64,000 bases of DNA from Candidatus Ghiorseimicrobium undicola (GTDB lineage: Bacteria > Omnitrophota > Gorgyraeia > Ghiorseimicrobiales > Ghiorseimicrobiaceae), in contig PCWA01000109.1 in NCBI GenBank assembly GCA_002796125.1, forward strand, positions 1,347-65,346, in the 5' to 3' direction. The position numbers and the translations under genes are program-made. The notes below the pieces were generated by a model that made no database searches, was not told where the DNA came from, and saw only the letters and a program-made list of their open reading frames with translations. Shown one piece after another: positions 10,198 to 20,349 of this stretch (position 1 is its first letter; each line of letters begins with the position of its first letter).

Positions 10198-11256
10198 TTA
10201 TTTTACCAGATCATAGGCTTTTTCAGCTATAAGCAATTCCTCGCGGGTTTTAATTACGCAAACCTTGGGCTTTTTTTTGAAATTATTAAAAAGCCCTCTA
10301 CTAATAGCCGATACTACAGACCTTTGATTTTCTCCTATACCGCCGCAAAAAACTAATAAATCCACATTTCCCAAAACCGCCGTATACGCCCCAATGTATT
10401 TCCTGATACGATAAACAAAGATATCAAGCGCAAGCTGTGCCCTCTTGTTTCCTTTTAGTGCGGCCTTTTTTATATAACGCATATCATTTGTTATGCCGCT
10501 TATTCCTTTTAACCCGCTTTCCCTGTTTAAAATCTCATCTATTCTTCCCGGGCGCAATTTTTTAAGGCGCATAATGTAAGTTATCAGAGCGGGATCCAAA
10601 TCTCCGCACCTGGTACCCATAAGCAGCCCTTCTAAAGGGGTAAAACCCATGCTTGTATCTACCGAACTGCCCTTGTATATAGCGCTGATACTGGCTCCAT
10701 TACCTAAATGGCAACTGATTAAATTTATTTTATTTAAGGGCTTATTTAATATACGGCGCGCTTCATGAAGCATGTACTCATGGCTTATCCCATGGAACCC
10801 GTATTTACGAATTTTAAACTTTTTATAATAGTCATAAGGCAAGCCGTAAATATAAGCATGCTCAGGCAGTGTTTGATGAAACGCCGTATCAAAAACAGCT
10901 ACCTGAGGAACATTTTTTAAGACCTGCTTACAGGCAATTATTCCGGAAAGATTAGCCGGGTTATGCAAAGGAGCCAAAGCAGAAAGCGCCCTTATGTTTT
11001 CTATTACCTTCGAATTTATAATAGTGGGGCTGTGAAATTTCTCGCCTCCGTGCACTACGCGATGGCCAACGCACGAAATATAGCCCAGCTTTTCTAAAAT
11101 TAACTTAAGCCCCTGCTTGTGATCCCTTATCAAAGAACCCTTCTCTCCTATTTTATCTATATGCCCCTTTTTAAGTACCGCTTTCTGCGGCATCAAAAAT
11201 AATTCATATTTAATGGAGGAGCTGCCGCTGTTTATAACTAATATCTTCATGCTCAT
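10198..11256 (-). CDS. ackA: Acetate kinase (compact, 352 aa)
   Basis: INSGSSSIK, GHRVVHGG, LAPLHN, HLGNGAS, TSMGFTPLEG. Confidence 0.95.
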   Translation of the reverse strand: MSMKILVINSGSSSIKYELFLMPQKAVLKKGHIDKIGEKGSLIRDHKQGLKLILEKLGYISCVGHRVVHGGEKFHSPTIINSKVIENIRALSALAPLHNPANLSGIIACKQVLKNVPQVAVFDTAFHQTLPEHAYIYGLPYDYYKKFKIRKYGFHGISHEYMLHEARRILNKPLNKINLISCHLGNGASISAIYKGSSVDTSMGFTPLEGLLMGTRCGDLDPALITYIMRLKKLRPGRIDEILNRESGLKGISGITNDMRYIKKAALKGNKRAQLALDIFVYRIRKYIGAYTAVLGNVDLLVFCGGIGENQRSVVSAISRGLFNNFKKKPKVCVIKTREELLIAEKAYDLVK

Positions 11257-11257
11257 T

Positions 11258-12190
11258 TTATTCTTGCGACCTTATGGCTGTAATTGCAACGCAATCGACC
11301 ACATCATCCGCGCTGCAGCCGCGGGATAAATCGCAGCAAGGCTTTTTCAACCCCTGCAGTATCGGCCCTATAGCGCGGGCGCCTGAAAGCCGCTGTACTA
11401 ACTTATAACCTATATTCCCTGAATTCAGGTCGGGGAATATCAAAACATTAGCCCTGCCTTCTAAAACATCATAGGCATTTTTTATCTTGGCTACTTCGGG
11501 AACTATCGCGCTATCAGCCTGCATTTCTCCATCTAATAATAAATCCGGGTTAATTTCCTTTGCCAGGCGCGTAGCTTCCTTTACTTTTTCCAGCAAAGGA
11601 TGCCTGCTTGAACCTTTGGTCGAAAAACTAAGCATAGCAACTCGGGGCTCAATAGACAAAATTTTTTTCGCTAAGTCTGCGGTTGAAAGCGCTATATGGG
11701 CGAGCTGTCTGGCATTGGGATCAGGCACTATCCCGCAATCAGCAAAAAATAATAAACCATTCTCGCCAAAAGATTGGTCCGAAACCGACATTATAAAGCA
11801 GCTGGATATAACACTAAAACGCGCATCCAAACCCACGCAATATATCGCGGCCCTGGCGACATCGGGTGTCGTATGTGAAGCGCCGGCAACAAAACCATCA
11901 GCAAGGCCGGCCCTAACCATCATTGCGGCATAATAAACCGGCGAAAACATTACACGCTCAGCCTCCTGACGGCTAATACCTTTAGCCTTGCGTATTTCAT
12001 AAAATGAATCCGCATATTCTTTGATTTTTTCTTTTTCCATATTACTCTTACTTAAAAGAATCACTTCGGCAATATTCTCTTTTCTTATGATATCGGCTGC
12101 CTTTATCACCCTTTGATCATCCGCCTCGGGCAGAATTATGCGTTTTTTATTTTTCTTTGCCTTTTCCCTGATAAAGTTTTCGATGTCCAT
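11258..12190 (-). CDS. pta: Phosphate acetyltransferase (catalytic domain only)
   Basis: LPEADD.RV, AMLSFSTKGS, DGEMQAD, GNIGYKLVQRL, DLSRGCS. Confidence 0.95.
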   Translation of the reverse strand: MDIENFIREKAKKNKKRIILPEADDQRVIKAADIIRKENIAEVILLSKSNMEKEKIKEYADSFYEIRKAKGISRQEAERVMFSPVYYAAMMVRAGLADGFVAGASHTTPDVARAAIYCVGLDARFSVISSCFIMSVSDQSFGENGLLFFADCGIVPDPNARQLAHIALSTADLAKKILSIEPRVAMLSFSTKGSSRHPLLEKVKEATRLAKEINPDLLLDGEMQADSAIVPEVAKIKNAYDVLEGRANVLIFPDLNSGNIGYKLVQRLSGARAIGPILQGLKKPCCDLSRGCSADDVVDCVAITAIRSQE

Positions 12191-12198
12191 ATGTTAGT

Positions 12199-13299
12199 TT
12201 ATATATCCGCGGATATTCTTTCCAAATCCACATTGTTTTTTACCAAATTAATTATCTCTTCAATCTTCTCATTATCCTGCGGCCTTATCTTGATAGTTAA
12301 ATCATGTATGATAGAGGCTACTTTGTAAGTATCAAGGCTGGATAAAAGAATAGGCACGTTTATTGACTGAGCAAAATCAATAATTGTTTTGTGCGGGATG
12401 ACGCCTCCGGAAAGAACTATGCCGGAAACATTGATACATCCCTTTATCTGTGAGCTATGGCAATTTAAAGCCGTCATGATCATATCTTCTCTGTCTCCCG
12501 GAGTAATCATCAAGCACCTATCAGAGATATAATTTAACGCGTCATGCGGGCCCATGGCGCCTACGATAATTTTCATCACGACATTATTCAGGCCCTCTTC
12601 TCCGCAAATCAATTTAAAATCCGCCTCCTCCGCAACCTGTCCTATGGTAGGAGCGCAAAGGCGGGGATGATACGGAATCACACCCAACACATCTATGCCT
12701 TTCCTGCTTAAACCCTTGCGTACCAATTTATTAATCTTATCAAACTTATCCGGCATTATTTTATTTATAATTACTCCCAGAAGCCTGACTCCGCAGGAAT
12801 CAAAAAGCGTTTTATTCAAAACTATTTCATCTATCGGCCTGCCTATCCCTCCGGAAGAGACCAAGATCACCTTAGCGCCCAATAACTTTGCTACATAAGC
12901 GTTGGAATGGTCGAATACACTGCCCACTCCCGCATGCCCCGTACCTTCAATCACCACGAAATCCTTTTGGGCAGCTATACGCTCATAGGAAGCCAGTATA
13001 CGTTCGGTAATCGCCTCCTTGTTTGGATGCAGGATATATTCTTCGGTAAATCCTTTTTCGACTGCGACAGGGCTCATATCCTTGAGCCCGCATTTGATAC
13101 CGCAGACCTCTTCTATCAAGACCGAGTCTTCATCCACTTTTACGCCTTCTTCAATAAGGTATCTCTGCCCTATAGGCTTTATAAAGCCGATTTTTTTATA
13201 CATTTTGCTGAAGTTAGAAATAAGGCCTAAACACGTGGTGGTCTTGCCGTCATTCTGGCGCGTTGCGGCAATAAATATATTTTTATGATTATTGCTCAT
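12199..13299 (-). CDS. BioD-like AAA/DRTGG protein (stand-alone Pta N-terminal regulatory module)
   Basis: GKTT P-loop, FIKPIGQ, IEGTGH, ITPGDREDM (DRTGG-like); directly upstream of pta-ackA. Confidence 0.85.
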   Translation of the reverse strand: MSNNHKNIFIAATRQNDGKTTTCLGLISNFSKMYKKIGFIKPIGQRYLIEEGVKVDEDSVLIEEVCGIKCGLKDMSPVAVEKGFTEEYILHPNKEAITERILASYERIAAQKDFVVIEGTGHAGVGSVFDHSNAYVAKLLGAKVILVSSGGIGRPIDEIVLNKTLFDSCGVRLLGVIINKIMPDKFDKINKLVRKGLSRKGIDVLGVIPYHPRLCAPTIGQVAEEADFKLICGEEGLNNVVMKIIVGAMGPHDALNYISDRCLMITPGDREDMIMTALNCHSSQIKGCINVSGIVLSGGVIPHKTIIDFAQSINVPILLSSLDTYKVASIIHDLTIKIRPQDNEKIEEIINLVKNNVDLERISADI

Positions 13300-13339
13300 A
13301 AGCTAAATTATATAACCCTTGGCAACTCCCAGCTTCATA

Positions 13340-13660
13340 TTATAAGCTCGAATCTATTTTCTGCTTTAACTGTTGCTTGCTTAATGCGCCGACAACCTGA
13401 TTTACAACCTTGCCGTTTTTGAATATTACCAAAGTAGGCACGGACATTATCCCGTAATTAGAAGCCGTGTCCTGGCCTTCGTCTATATCAAGCTTGCCTA
13501 CCTTTAAACGGCCTTTGTATTCTTCGGCTAGTTCCTCAACTATAGGCGCTATTGCCTTACACGGCCCGCACCACGAAGCGGAAAAATCAACCAATACCGG
13601 CAAGGCGGAAGAAACAACTTCCTGATTAAAATTTCCATCACTAAGATGAATTAAAGACAT
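13340..13660 (-). CDS. trxA: Thioredoxin
   Basis: WCGPC. Start moved to ATG 13660, which follows a GGAGGGAG SD. Confidence 0.96.
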   Translation of the reverse strand: MSLIHLSDGNFNQEVVSSALPVLVDFSASWCGPCKAIAPIVEELAEEYKGRLKVGKLDIDEGQDTASNYGIMSVPTLVIFKNGKVVNQVVGALSKQQLKQKIDSSL

Positions 13661-13767
13661 ACTCCCTCCATTAATAAAGTTTATCAATATTTAAACAAGA
13701 ATAGGAATTGCCAGAAGGTTATTGCCTATATGAAATAGAGGCAAGGAGTTTCTGAGCGTAAAAAAAT

Positions 13768-13796
13768 ATAATAGCATAAAATAGCCTTTATTTCAA
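13768..13796 (-). promoter_or_regulatory. Putative sigma70 promoter for trxA
   Basis: TTGAAA-N17-TATTAT with TGn extended -10. Confidence 0.6.
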
Positions 13797-13812
13797 TATT
13801 CAAATCCGGCAC

Positions 13813-14047
13813 GGTAGTATGCGGAAAATTGTGTAAATTCGCCTGCTGGCTTGGGCTGATTTTGAGCAGGGCGTAACGCAGGCCGAGCAGGCAAGGTTCG
13901 CCTTTGATTGCATATTGGCGAGAGCGAGGCCGAGTAGCCGAGCGCGATTTTCCACGCTGGGGAAAATCGCGCGTCCCCGCGAAAAATAAGGCCAAGCCAG
14001 CGGCCATGTTAATCCGCTATAATTTACACAATTTATTCTACACAACC
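13813..14047 (+). mobile_element. 235-bp non-autonomous IS256-type MITE
   Basis: Ends GGTAGTATGCGGAAAATTGTGTAAATT / AATTTACACAATTTATTCTACACAACC match the ends of the IS256 at 28911-30275. 9-bp TSD ATCCGGCAC (13804-13812) / AACCGGCAC (14048-14056). Confidence 0.88.
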
Positions 14048-14086
14048 AACCGGCACGGTAGCATTTATTAATAAGACAACTGCGCG

Positions 14087-15082
14087 CTATTTCACGCTAT
14101 ACAAACAAACCCTGTTTTTGCCTAGATTCTTCGCTTCATAAAGCGCCCTGTCGGCCTTATCCATCAAATCTTTATCGCTTTGCGCATCAATGGGAAAGCT
14201 GGTAATTCCTATGCTTATAGTCGCCCTTAAAACAGTATCGTAGGCTTTTATAACGTTATCTTCCACTGCCCTTCGTATGCGCTCAGCGGCAAACAAAGCC
14301 GCCTGCTTATCCGTCTCCGGAAGTATGAGTATAAATTCTTCCCCCCCAAACCTGCCTAATAAATCTATAGATCTGATGTTTTCCTTTATTACAGACGATA
14401 CCGCCACCAAAACAACATCGCCTATCAAATGCCCAAGCCGGTCATTATATTCTTTAAAATTATCTACATCAATCATCACGCAGGAAAGGAAAAGATTATT
14501 ATGCCGGCAGCGTAAAACCTCTTCCTTGAGACGCTCCAGGCAATGACGCTTAACTAGAACCTGTGTAAGGTTATCGGTTATTGACAATTCCTGCATTACC
14601 TGATAAAGCTCCGCCCGTTTCCGGACCAAAGCAAATTGATTAGCAAGAATCTTAAATTTATCCTTATTGCCGCCTTCTAAGCCTTTTACGGCTAAAGCTT
14701 CCATGCCCTGATTTTCCAAGCTAAGCGGAAAAACGAAATAACAATTATCTATTTTTTCAAGCTCCTCTCTATTCAATAATAAGCATTCCGCGATGCCTAA
14801 AACCGATTTTAAAATATTCTTAAATATAATAAATATTTTATTCTTGTCCAATGTTTTTGATATGTCTTTTACGACTTTATAAAGCGTTGTAACATTCCGG
14901 TATTCTTCTTCTAAAAGCAAAGATTGGCTTCTTATGCTCTTTAACTTATCCAGCATCGTATTATATTCATTCCGGTATTTTTCAAATTCAGCATTCTGCC
15001 TCAAGGAAAAATTCCTGCCTGCTTCCCTTACCTGCAAAATAACAACCAGAGATAAAATTATAACCGCAATTAAGAAAAACAT
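14087..15082 (-). CDS. Membrane-anchored diguanylate cyclase (GGEEF)
   Basis: N-terminal TM, coiled coil, DVDNFK.YND..GH..GD, RSID I-site, RFGGEEF. Confidence 0.9.
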   Translation of the reverse strand: MFFLIAVIILSLVVILQVREAGRNFSLRQNAEFEKYRNEYNTMLDKLKSIRSQSLLLEEEYRNVTTLYKVVKDISKTLDKNKIFIIFKNILKSVLGIAECLLLNREELEKIDNCYFVFPLSLENQGMEALAVKGLEGGNKDKFKILANQFALVRKRAELYQVMQELSITDNLTQVLVKRHCLERLKEEVLRCRHNNLFLSCVMIDVDNFKEYNDRLGHLIGDVVLVAVSSVIKENIRSIDLLGRFGGEEFILILPETDKQAALFAAERIRRAVEDNVIKAYDTVLRATISIGITSFPIDAQSDKDLMDKADRALYEAKNLGKNRVCLYSVK

Positions 15083-16359
15083 ACTTTATTTCTTCCCGCG
15101 CTCTTTGCCCGATAAAGGCGCTTATCTACCACCTGTAATAATTTTTCTCCCGATAATCCGTCTTCGGGAAAACTACATAATCCGATTGACATGGTGGCGG
15201 AATTTTTCATTCTGCGTAAAACTATCTCTCTTTTTTCCACGCTCTTCCTTATTTCCTCCGCAACAGCCCTTGCCTGTTTTTTATCAAAGCCGCTCAGAAG
15301 TATAATAAATTCCTCTCCTCCGTAACGGGAAATTATTGATTTTCCTTTTGGAGAACACCGGCGCAAACATGCCGCTATCTCTGTCAATAAAATATCACCG
15401 GCTATATGGCCGAATTTATCATTATATTTTTTAAAGTTATCTACATCGGCCATGATTAAGGAAAAAACCGCCTCTTCCTTACCGGATTGTTTTATTTCTT
15501 CGTTTAAGCATACCATAAAATACTGCCTGAGATAACAACCTGTCAAGCCGTCGGTTATGGCTAATTGCTGTGTATATTGATAAAGGCGCGCATTGTCTAT
15601 GGACAAAGCGGCTATGTCAGAAAAAGCGCGGAGATACCTTAAGTCCTCAGAAGAAAACCTTTCCCTTTCGCTGTGTTCTGCGCGTAATATACCTATAATT
15701 CTTTTACCTACAAACAAAGGAACGCTTATCAAGGACCCCAAATAACGCCGTAAAGCATAATTTTTATCTATGTTAAAACGGAAATCGCCATTAACATCCT
15801 CAACTAGAAGCGGCATCTGATGTTTAAAAACCCAACTGTCAAAAATATCGGCGCCGATATCCTTGGCCGGATAATTTTTAGCGCCCAAAGATTTATAAAC
15901 AGTCAAGGCCTGTTTTTGCGTATCCAAAAGATATAAAACAACTCTTCCGTTAGAATTTGCGACCAAAGCATAAATCCGCTCAATTATAATTTTAGCCGTG
16001 CGTTCCAGTGAAAGCGACTGCATTAGTATCTGCATGAGATTCTGTAACTGGCTATACCTGCCGATCTTATCTGAAAGCACGGAAAGCCTATAAGACTCTT
16101 TTTTCGCTTCCTCTTCTAATATGTTTATTTTTTCCAGAAGCTTATCTTTTTCAAATGATATGTTATTATTTTTGCTGCGGTTAAAAGCGTGAATAAAATA
16201 GCAAAAAAGGATGGTAAGTAAATATGCGGAGAGAAAAAATTTAACCAGGCCGGGATAGAATTTAATCCCGTAATATATAGGAATTACAAAGTAGGAAACA
16301 AGAAAGAAAAGATAATATAATCTGTTGTTAAATAATAGTTTCTTCTGTGGCCTTATCAA
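15070..16359 (-). CDS. Membrane-bound GAF-GGDEF diguanylate cyclase
   Basis: Two TM helices, GAF (LISVPL...[10 protein letters not shown]), RYGGEEF; no RxxD I-site. Confidence 0.9.
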   Translation of the reverse strand: MIRPQKKLLFNNRLYYLFFLVSYFVIPIYYGIKFYPGLVKFFLSAYLLTILFCYFIHAFNRSKNNNISFEKDKLLEKINILEEEAKKESYRLSVLSDKIGRYSQLQNLMQILMQSLSLERTAKIIIERIYALVANSNGRVVLYLLDTQKQALTVYKSLGAKNYPAKDIGADIFDSWVFKHQMPLLVEDVNGDFRFNIDKNYALRRYLGSLISVPLFVGKRIIGILRAEHSERERFSSEDLRYLRAFSDIAALSIDNARLYQYTQQLAITDGLTGCYLRQYFMVCLNEEIKQSGKEEAVFSLIMADVDNFKKYNDKFGHIAGDILLTEIAACLRRCSPKGKSIISRYGGEEFIILLSGFDKKQARAVAEEIRKSVEKREIVLRRMKNSATMSIGLCSFPEDGLSGEKLLQVVDKRLYRAKSAGRNKVCFS

Positions 16360-17431
16360 AGAAATGCACCTTGTTCATATCAAAAACCAATTCCATATCC
16401 TGTCCTACCTGCGGTTTATCATGCCCGCCAACCCTGGCAATAAATGTGTGCTTGCCGGTATTAAGATAAAGATACACCTCGGAACCCATGGGTTCTATAA
16501 CTTCACAGCTGGCCTTTACGATATTTTCCGGAGGCGCATCTGAAACGAATAATTTATCATAAATATTTTCGCACCTAATTCCCATGATTATTTCCTTATT
16601 TAAAAAATCGGCCAGTTTATTTTTCATACTGTCAACTATCTTGACTAAAATCCTGCCTTCTTCAAAATAAATTTTGCCGTTCTTTTTTATCAGCCTGCCC
16701 GACATAAAATTCATCGGTGGTGAACCAATAAAACTAGCCACAAATTTATTTTTCGGCCTATCATATACATCTACAGGGGCGTCAACCTGTTGCAAAATAC
16801 CGTCCTTCATTACGGCAATCCTATCGCCCAAAGTCATGGCCTCAACCTGATCATGGGTTACATAAATCATTGTGCTTTTAAGGCGCGCATGCAATTTATG
16901 CAACTCTGTTCTCATTTGAGTGCGTAATTTTGCGTCTAAATTGGATAAAGGCTCATCAAATAAAAAAACCAGCGGTTTTCTTACGATCGCACGCCCTACT
17001 GCCACGCGCTGGCGTTCGCCGCCGGAAAGCTCCCTGGGATGCCTTTCAAGCAGCTTTTTTATACCCAGAATATCGGCTGCTTCATTCACGCGGTTGACTA
17101 TCTCCTGCTTGGGATAACGCCGGAGCTTAAGCCCGAACGCCATATTCTCAAACACGGTCATATGCGGGTATAAAGCGTAATTTTGAAATACCATCGCGAT
17201 ATCCCTGTCTTTGGCCGGTATATCGTTAACAAACCTGTCGCCGATATAAAGCTTGCCTTCCGAAATTTCTTCCAATCCCGCGATCATTCTCAACGTAGTA
17301 GATTTACCGCAACCGGAAGGGCCGACTAAAACCATGAATTCCTTATTTTCTATTCCAAGGCTTATATTATCTACGGCCTTAACCGCCCCAGCATAAACTT
17401 TACTTATATTGCGCAAACTTACCTGTGCCAT
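16328..17431 (-). CDS. Sugar ABC transporter ATP-binding protein (MsmX/UgpC/MalK family)
   Basis: [43 protein letters not shown] tail. Confidence 0.93.
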   Translation of the reverse strand: MAQVSLRNISKVYAGAVKAVDNISLGIENKEFMVLVGPSGCGKSTTLRMIAGLEEISEGKLYIGDRFVNDIPAKDRDIAMVFQNYALYPHMTVFENMAFGLKLRRYPKQEIVNRVNEAADILGIKKLLERHPRELSGGERQRVAVGRAIVRKPLVFLFDEPLSNLDAKLRTQMRTELHKLHARLKSTMIYVTHDQVEAMTLGDRIAVMKDGILQQVDAPVDVYDRPKNKFVASFIGSPPMNFMSGRLIKKNGKIYFEEGRILVKIVDSMKNKLADFLNKEIIMGIRCENIYDKLFVSDAPPENIVKASCEVIEPMGSEVYLYLNTGKHTFIARVGGHDKPQVGQDMELVFDMNKVHFFDKATEETII

Positions 17432-17478
17432 TTCTCCTCACTTCTTTCGAAAGCAGACGATTTTTAGTTATTGATTAC

Positions 17479-17621
17479 TAGTGCACTGTAAAATTAATTC
17501 TTGAACAATAGAGCAATAGAAAATAGACCGCAATTGAGCTTTTGCTTGTCTATTGTTCTACTCTCTATTGCTCAATTGCTCTGCGCGCTGTCCTATTAAA
17601 AATTAAATTAACAGCGCACTA
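17479..17621. mobile_element. 143-bp MITE-like element, copy 2
   Basis: TIRs TAGTGCACTGTAAAATTAATT / AATTAAATTAACAGCGCACTA, flanked by CTAG; inverted copy of 3899-4041. Confidence 0.82.
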
Positions 17622-17640
17622 GCTACTGGCTGCTTTAAAT

Positions 17641-17668
17641 ATTATATGTCATTATGTCAGATAGTCAA
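17641..17668 (-). promoter_or_regulatory. Putative sigma70 promoter for the ABC-ATPase/DGC operon
   Basis: TTGACT-N16-TATAAT. Confidence 0.5.
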
Positions 17669-18491
17669 GCAGCTGGCTTAATATAGTTTTCAGATTTTTC
17701 CGCTGCACTATCATGTCTATCAAGCCGTGTTCCAGTAAAAATTCCGCCTTTTGAAAACCATCGGGAAGTTTTTGCCGGATGGTCTGCTCTATTACGCGCG
17801 GCCCGGCAAAACCGATAAGGGCTTTAGGCTCGGCTATAATAATATCGCCTAAACCGGCGAATGATGCCATAACCCCTGCCATAGTCGGATTCGTCAATAT
17901 AGAAATATAAAGCAAGCCTTTTCCCTGATGCCTCGCTAATGCCGCAGACGTCTTAGCCATCTGCATCAGGCTAAACATGCCTTCATACATACGCGCCCCT
18001 CCACCCGAACCTGAAATGATAATTATAGGCAACCCTTTACGGGTAGCATATTCTATGGAGCGGGTAACCTTATCCCCCACCACCGAACCCATTGAACCCA
18101 TTATGAAACGGGAATCGGTAGCGGTAAGCACCACAGCATAACTTGACAATTTCGCCTGGCCGTAAATACATGCCTCGGATAAACCGGTAAGCTCCTTATC
18201 CTGCTCTAGTTTTTCCTTATAAGTCTTTGGGCCTTTAAATTCCAGGGGATCAAGCGATTCCACATTTTTGTCAAATTCTTCGAATCTTCCGCCATCCGCT
18301 AATGATAAAATGCGCTCATAAGCCGTTAAAGAAAAATGATAGCCGCATTCAGGGCAAACCTTCAAATTTTCATCCAGCGTTTTGTTATAAATAGGCTGCA
18401 GGCAGTCCTGGCACTTAGTCCATAAGCCGTCAGGCATTTGTTTTTTCTTAGTGCGTACAATCGTATATTTAGGTTTTCCGAATAAAGACAT
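17652..18491 (-). CDS. accD: Acetyl-CoA carboxylase carboxyltransferase beta subunit
   Basis: LWTKC zinc finger, GSMGSVVG, GGARMYEG, LIGFAGPRVIEQT. Confidence 0.96.
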   Translation of the reverse strand: MSLFGKPKYTIVRTKKKQMPDGLWTKCQDCLQPIYNKTLDENLKVCPECGYHFSLTAYERILSLADGGRFEEFDKNVESLDPLEFKGPKTYKEKLEQDKELTGLSEACIYGQAKLSSYAVVLTATDSRFIMGSMGSVVGDKVTRSIEYATRKGLPIIIISGSGGGARMYEGMFSLMQMAKTSAALARHQGKGLLYISILTNPTMAGVMASFAGLGDIIIAEPKALIGFAGPRVIEQTIRQKLPDGFQKAEFLLEHGLIDMIVQRKNLKTILSQLLDYLT

Positions 18492-18505
18492 TGTTATCGA
18501 TAAAA

Positions 18506-19870
18506 TTATTCCTGGCCGTCGAATTTATAGATCAATAAACCCGTTGGCAATTTAGGGTAAAAAAATGTTGATTTAGGAGGCAGGCGTACTCCCTGCAAAG
18601 CCAAATCGGCCATTTCTTGAATTTTAACCGGATTAACAAAAAAAGCAAGCATCGCCTCTTTATTATTCACCATATTAATTGCTAAATCCGCGCTATCGGT
18701 ATAAAACAAATTTTCGCTTTTTAAATCTTTTTCTTCGTATTGAAGTATTTTTCCGATGATCAAACGGTTTAAAATTACAACCGCTAATTTTTTATATTCC
18801 CGCGGCTTATTAACATCAATGATTTTATTTATGTCAATCCTGCTTTTAAGCCGCAGCAGGAAAAATTTATTTTCCCGGTACAGGCCTAAAACCTGTTCGT
18901 TCTTAGCGGCTTTGCCCAGCATAATAAATAAATCAGCGCGGTGATCAGCTTTATATATATCAAAATACTCCGCCAGATTATCCATCATTTTATCATAAAT
19001 ATCCTTTTTGACGAATTTAACTACCCGGTGGGTGGGAAGAATAGTCAGGCCGGAAGAATGCATGCCGGTAAAATAAGCCATTACATAATCAGAGGGTAAT
19101 TCCCTGTCCGGATTACCTAATTTCTGGCGCATAAGGCTGCGGAAATTACAAGCAACCTCATAGCGATGATGGCCGTCAGCTATAAAGACATCCGAGAGAG
19201 ATAGGCTTTTTATTATCTGGCTTGTCATCTTTTCATCGGTTATGCGCCACAATTTATGCCTTATTGATTCGCATTCGATTTCCACAAAGCAAGATTGATC
19301 GCGACACTTTTCATAGGCGCGGCTTATAATATGATTTTTGTCTGGAAAAAGCACGAATATAGGGCTTAAATTTGCCTTAACATGGTTCAAAAGCTCTAGC
19401 CTGTCTTCCTTTGGCCCCAATTGCGTATGCTCATGAGCATAAACTTTTCCGCCTTTGGCGGATGGTTCTTTATCCGGGCCAGTTAAACGTAAAAGCGCAA
19501 AAAAACCCATGCGTTTTTTACGTTCTCCGGCATAGGCATAATCTTGTTCGTAAAAATATACGGCATCGGAATTATCTTTTTTTAATACCTCTGATTCTAT
19601 CCATTCGTTAAGTTTTTGGGCGGCATAGGCGTATTTATCTTCCCTGCCACTACGGGATGTTCCTGCATCGGCGCAAGAAAGTGCGTAGGTTTTAGCCAAA
19701 TGCCTTAAGCCGGGTAAAATTAAATGTATGGCGTTATAATCGGTAGAATTGTAGTACTTCAGTCCCGACTTACTGTCAATTACATCATAAGGAGGACATA
19801 TAAGCTTGGATAAATCGCTAAATTTATCCTGATTATAAACAATCGCTTTGAATGGTTTTATATCTGCCAT
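18506..19870 (-). CDS. DUF1015 family protein
   Basis: IKPFKA, CPPYDVI, HEHT, IADGHHRY, PPKSTFFYPK. Confidence 0.9.
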   Translation of the reverse strand: MADIKPFKAIVYNQDKFSDLSKLICPPYDVIDSKSGLKYYNSTDYNAIHLILPGLRHLAKTYALSCADAGTSRSGREDKYAYAAQKLNEWIESEVLKKDNSDAVYFYEQDYAYAGERKKRMGFFALLRLTGPDKEPSAKGGKVYAHEHTQLGPKEDRLELLNHVKANLSPIFVLFPDKNHIISRAYEKCRDQSCFVEIECESIRHKLWRITDEKMTSQIIKSLSLSDVFIADGHHRYEVACNFRSLMRQKLGNPDRELPSDYVMAYFTGMHSSGLTILPTHRVVKFVKKDIYDKMMDNLAEYFDIYKADHRADLFIMLGKAAKNEQVLGLYRENKFFLLRLKSRIDINKIIDVNKPREYKKLAVVILNRLIIGKILQYEEKDLKSENLFYTDSADLAINMVNNKEAMLAFFVNPVKIQEMADLALQGVRLPPKSTFFYPKLPTGLLIYKFDGQE

Positions 19871-20258
19871 AATTTTTGGACAAACCTAATCTGTACAGGA
19901 AAGCTCCAAACCCTGCTCCAACGGCATCAGCCAAAATATCATAGAAACTAAACTCGCGGTTTGGAACTAATAACTGATGCAGCTCATCTGAGACGCCATA
20001 AAAAGCCAGAGCTGACACGACCCATATATAATACTTTAAAATAGTGGCTTTTGGAAAAGATTTAAGGAAAGCGCGCGAATATAAAATACCGAATGCAGCA
20101 TACTCAAAAATATGTAATATTTTATCAAAAGAGTAAATGGGCGGGGTTCTTAACGCGCAAGGCATGGAGGACAACAAAAATACGAAAGCCGCATAAATGA
20201 TTACCGACAACCAATGCGTCAGAAATATATTTGAGTTTTTTTGCAATGTATTAGCCAA
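19833..20258 (-). CDS. VanZ-like membrane protein
   Basis: DKILH..EY, DELHQ..VP.R...D..AD motifs. Confidence 0.85.
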   Translation of the reverse strand: MANTLQKNSNIFLTHWLSVIIYAAFVFLLSSMPCALRTPPIYSFDKILHIFEYAAFGILYSRAFLKSFPKATILKYYIWVVSALAFYGVSDELHQLLVPNREFSFYDILADAVGAGFGAFLYRLGLSKNYGRYKTIQSDCL

Positions 20259-20349
20259 TTTATATTATTTTTGATTCTTGCCTAACTCGCGCAATAATAT
20301 ATCAAATAATCTCTTTAAAAATATAAGTCTGAATAAAATTTAATATGCT

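Noticed and set aside
13726-14045. ORFs 13726-14007 and 13800-14045
   Set aside because: Spurious frames across the GC-rich MITE and the trxA promoter; no recognisable motifs.
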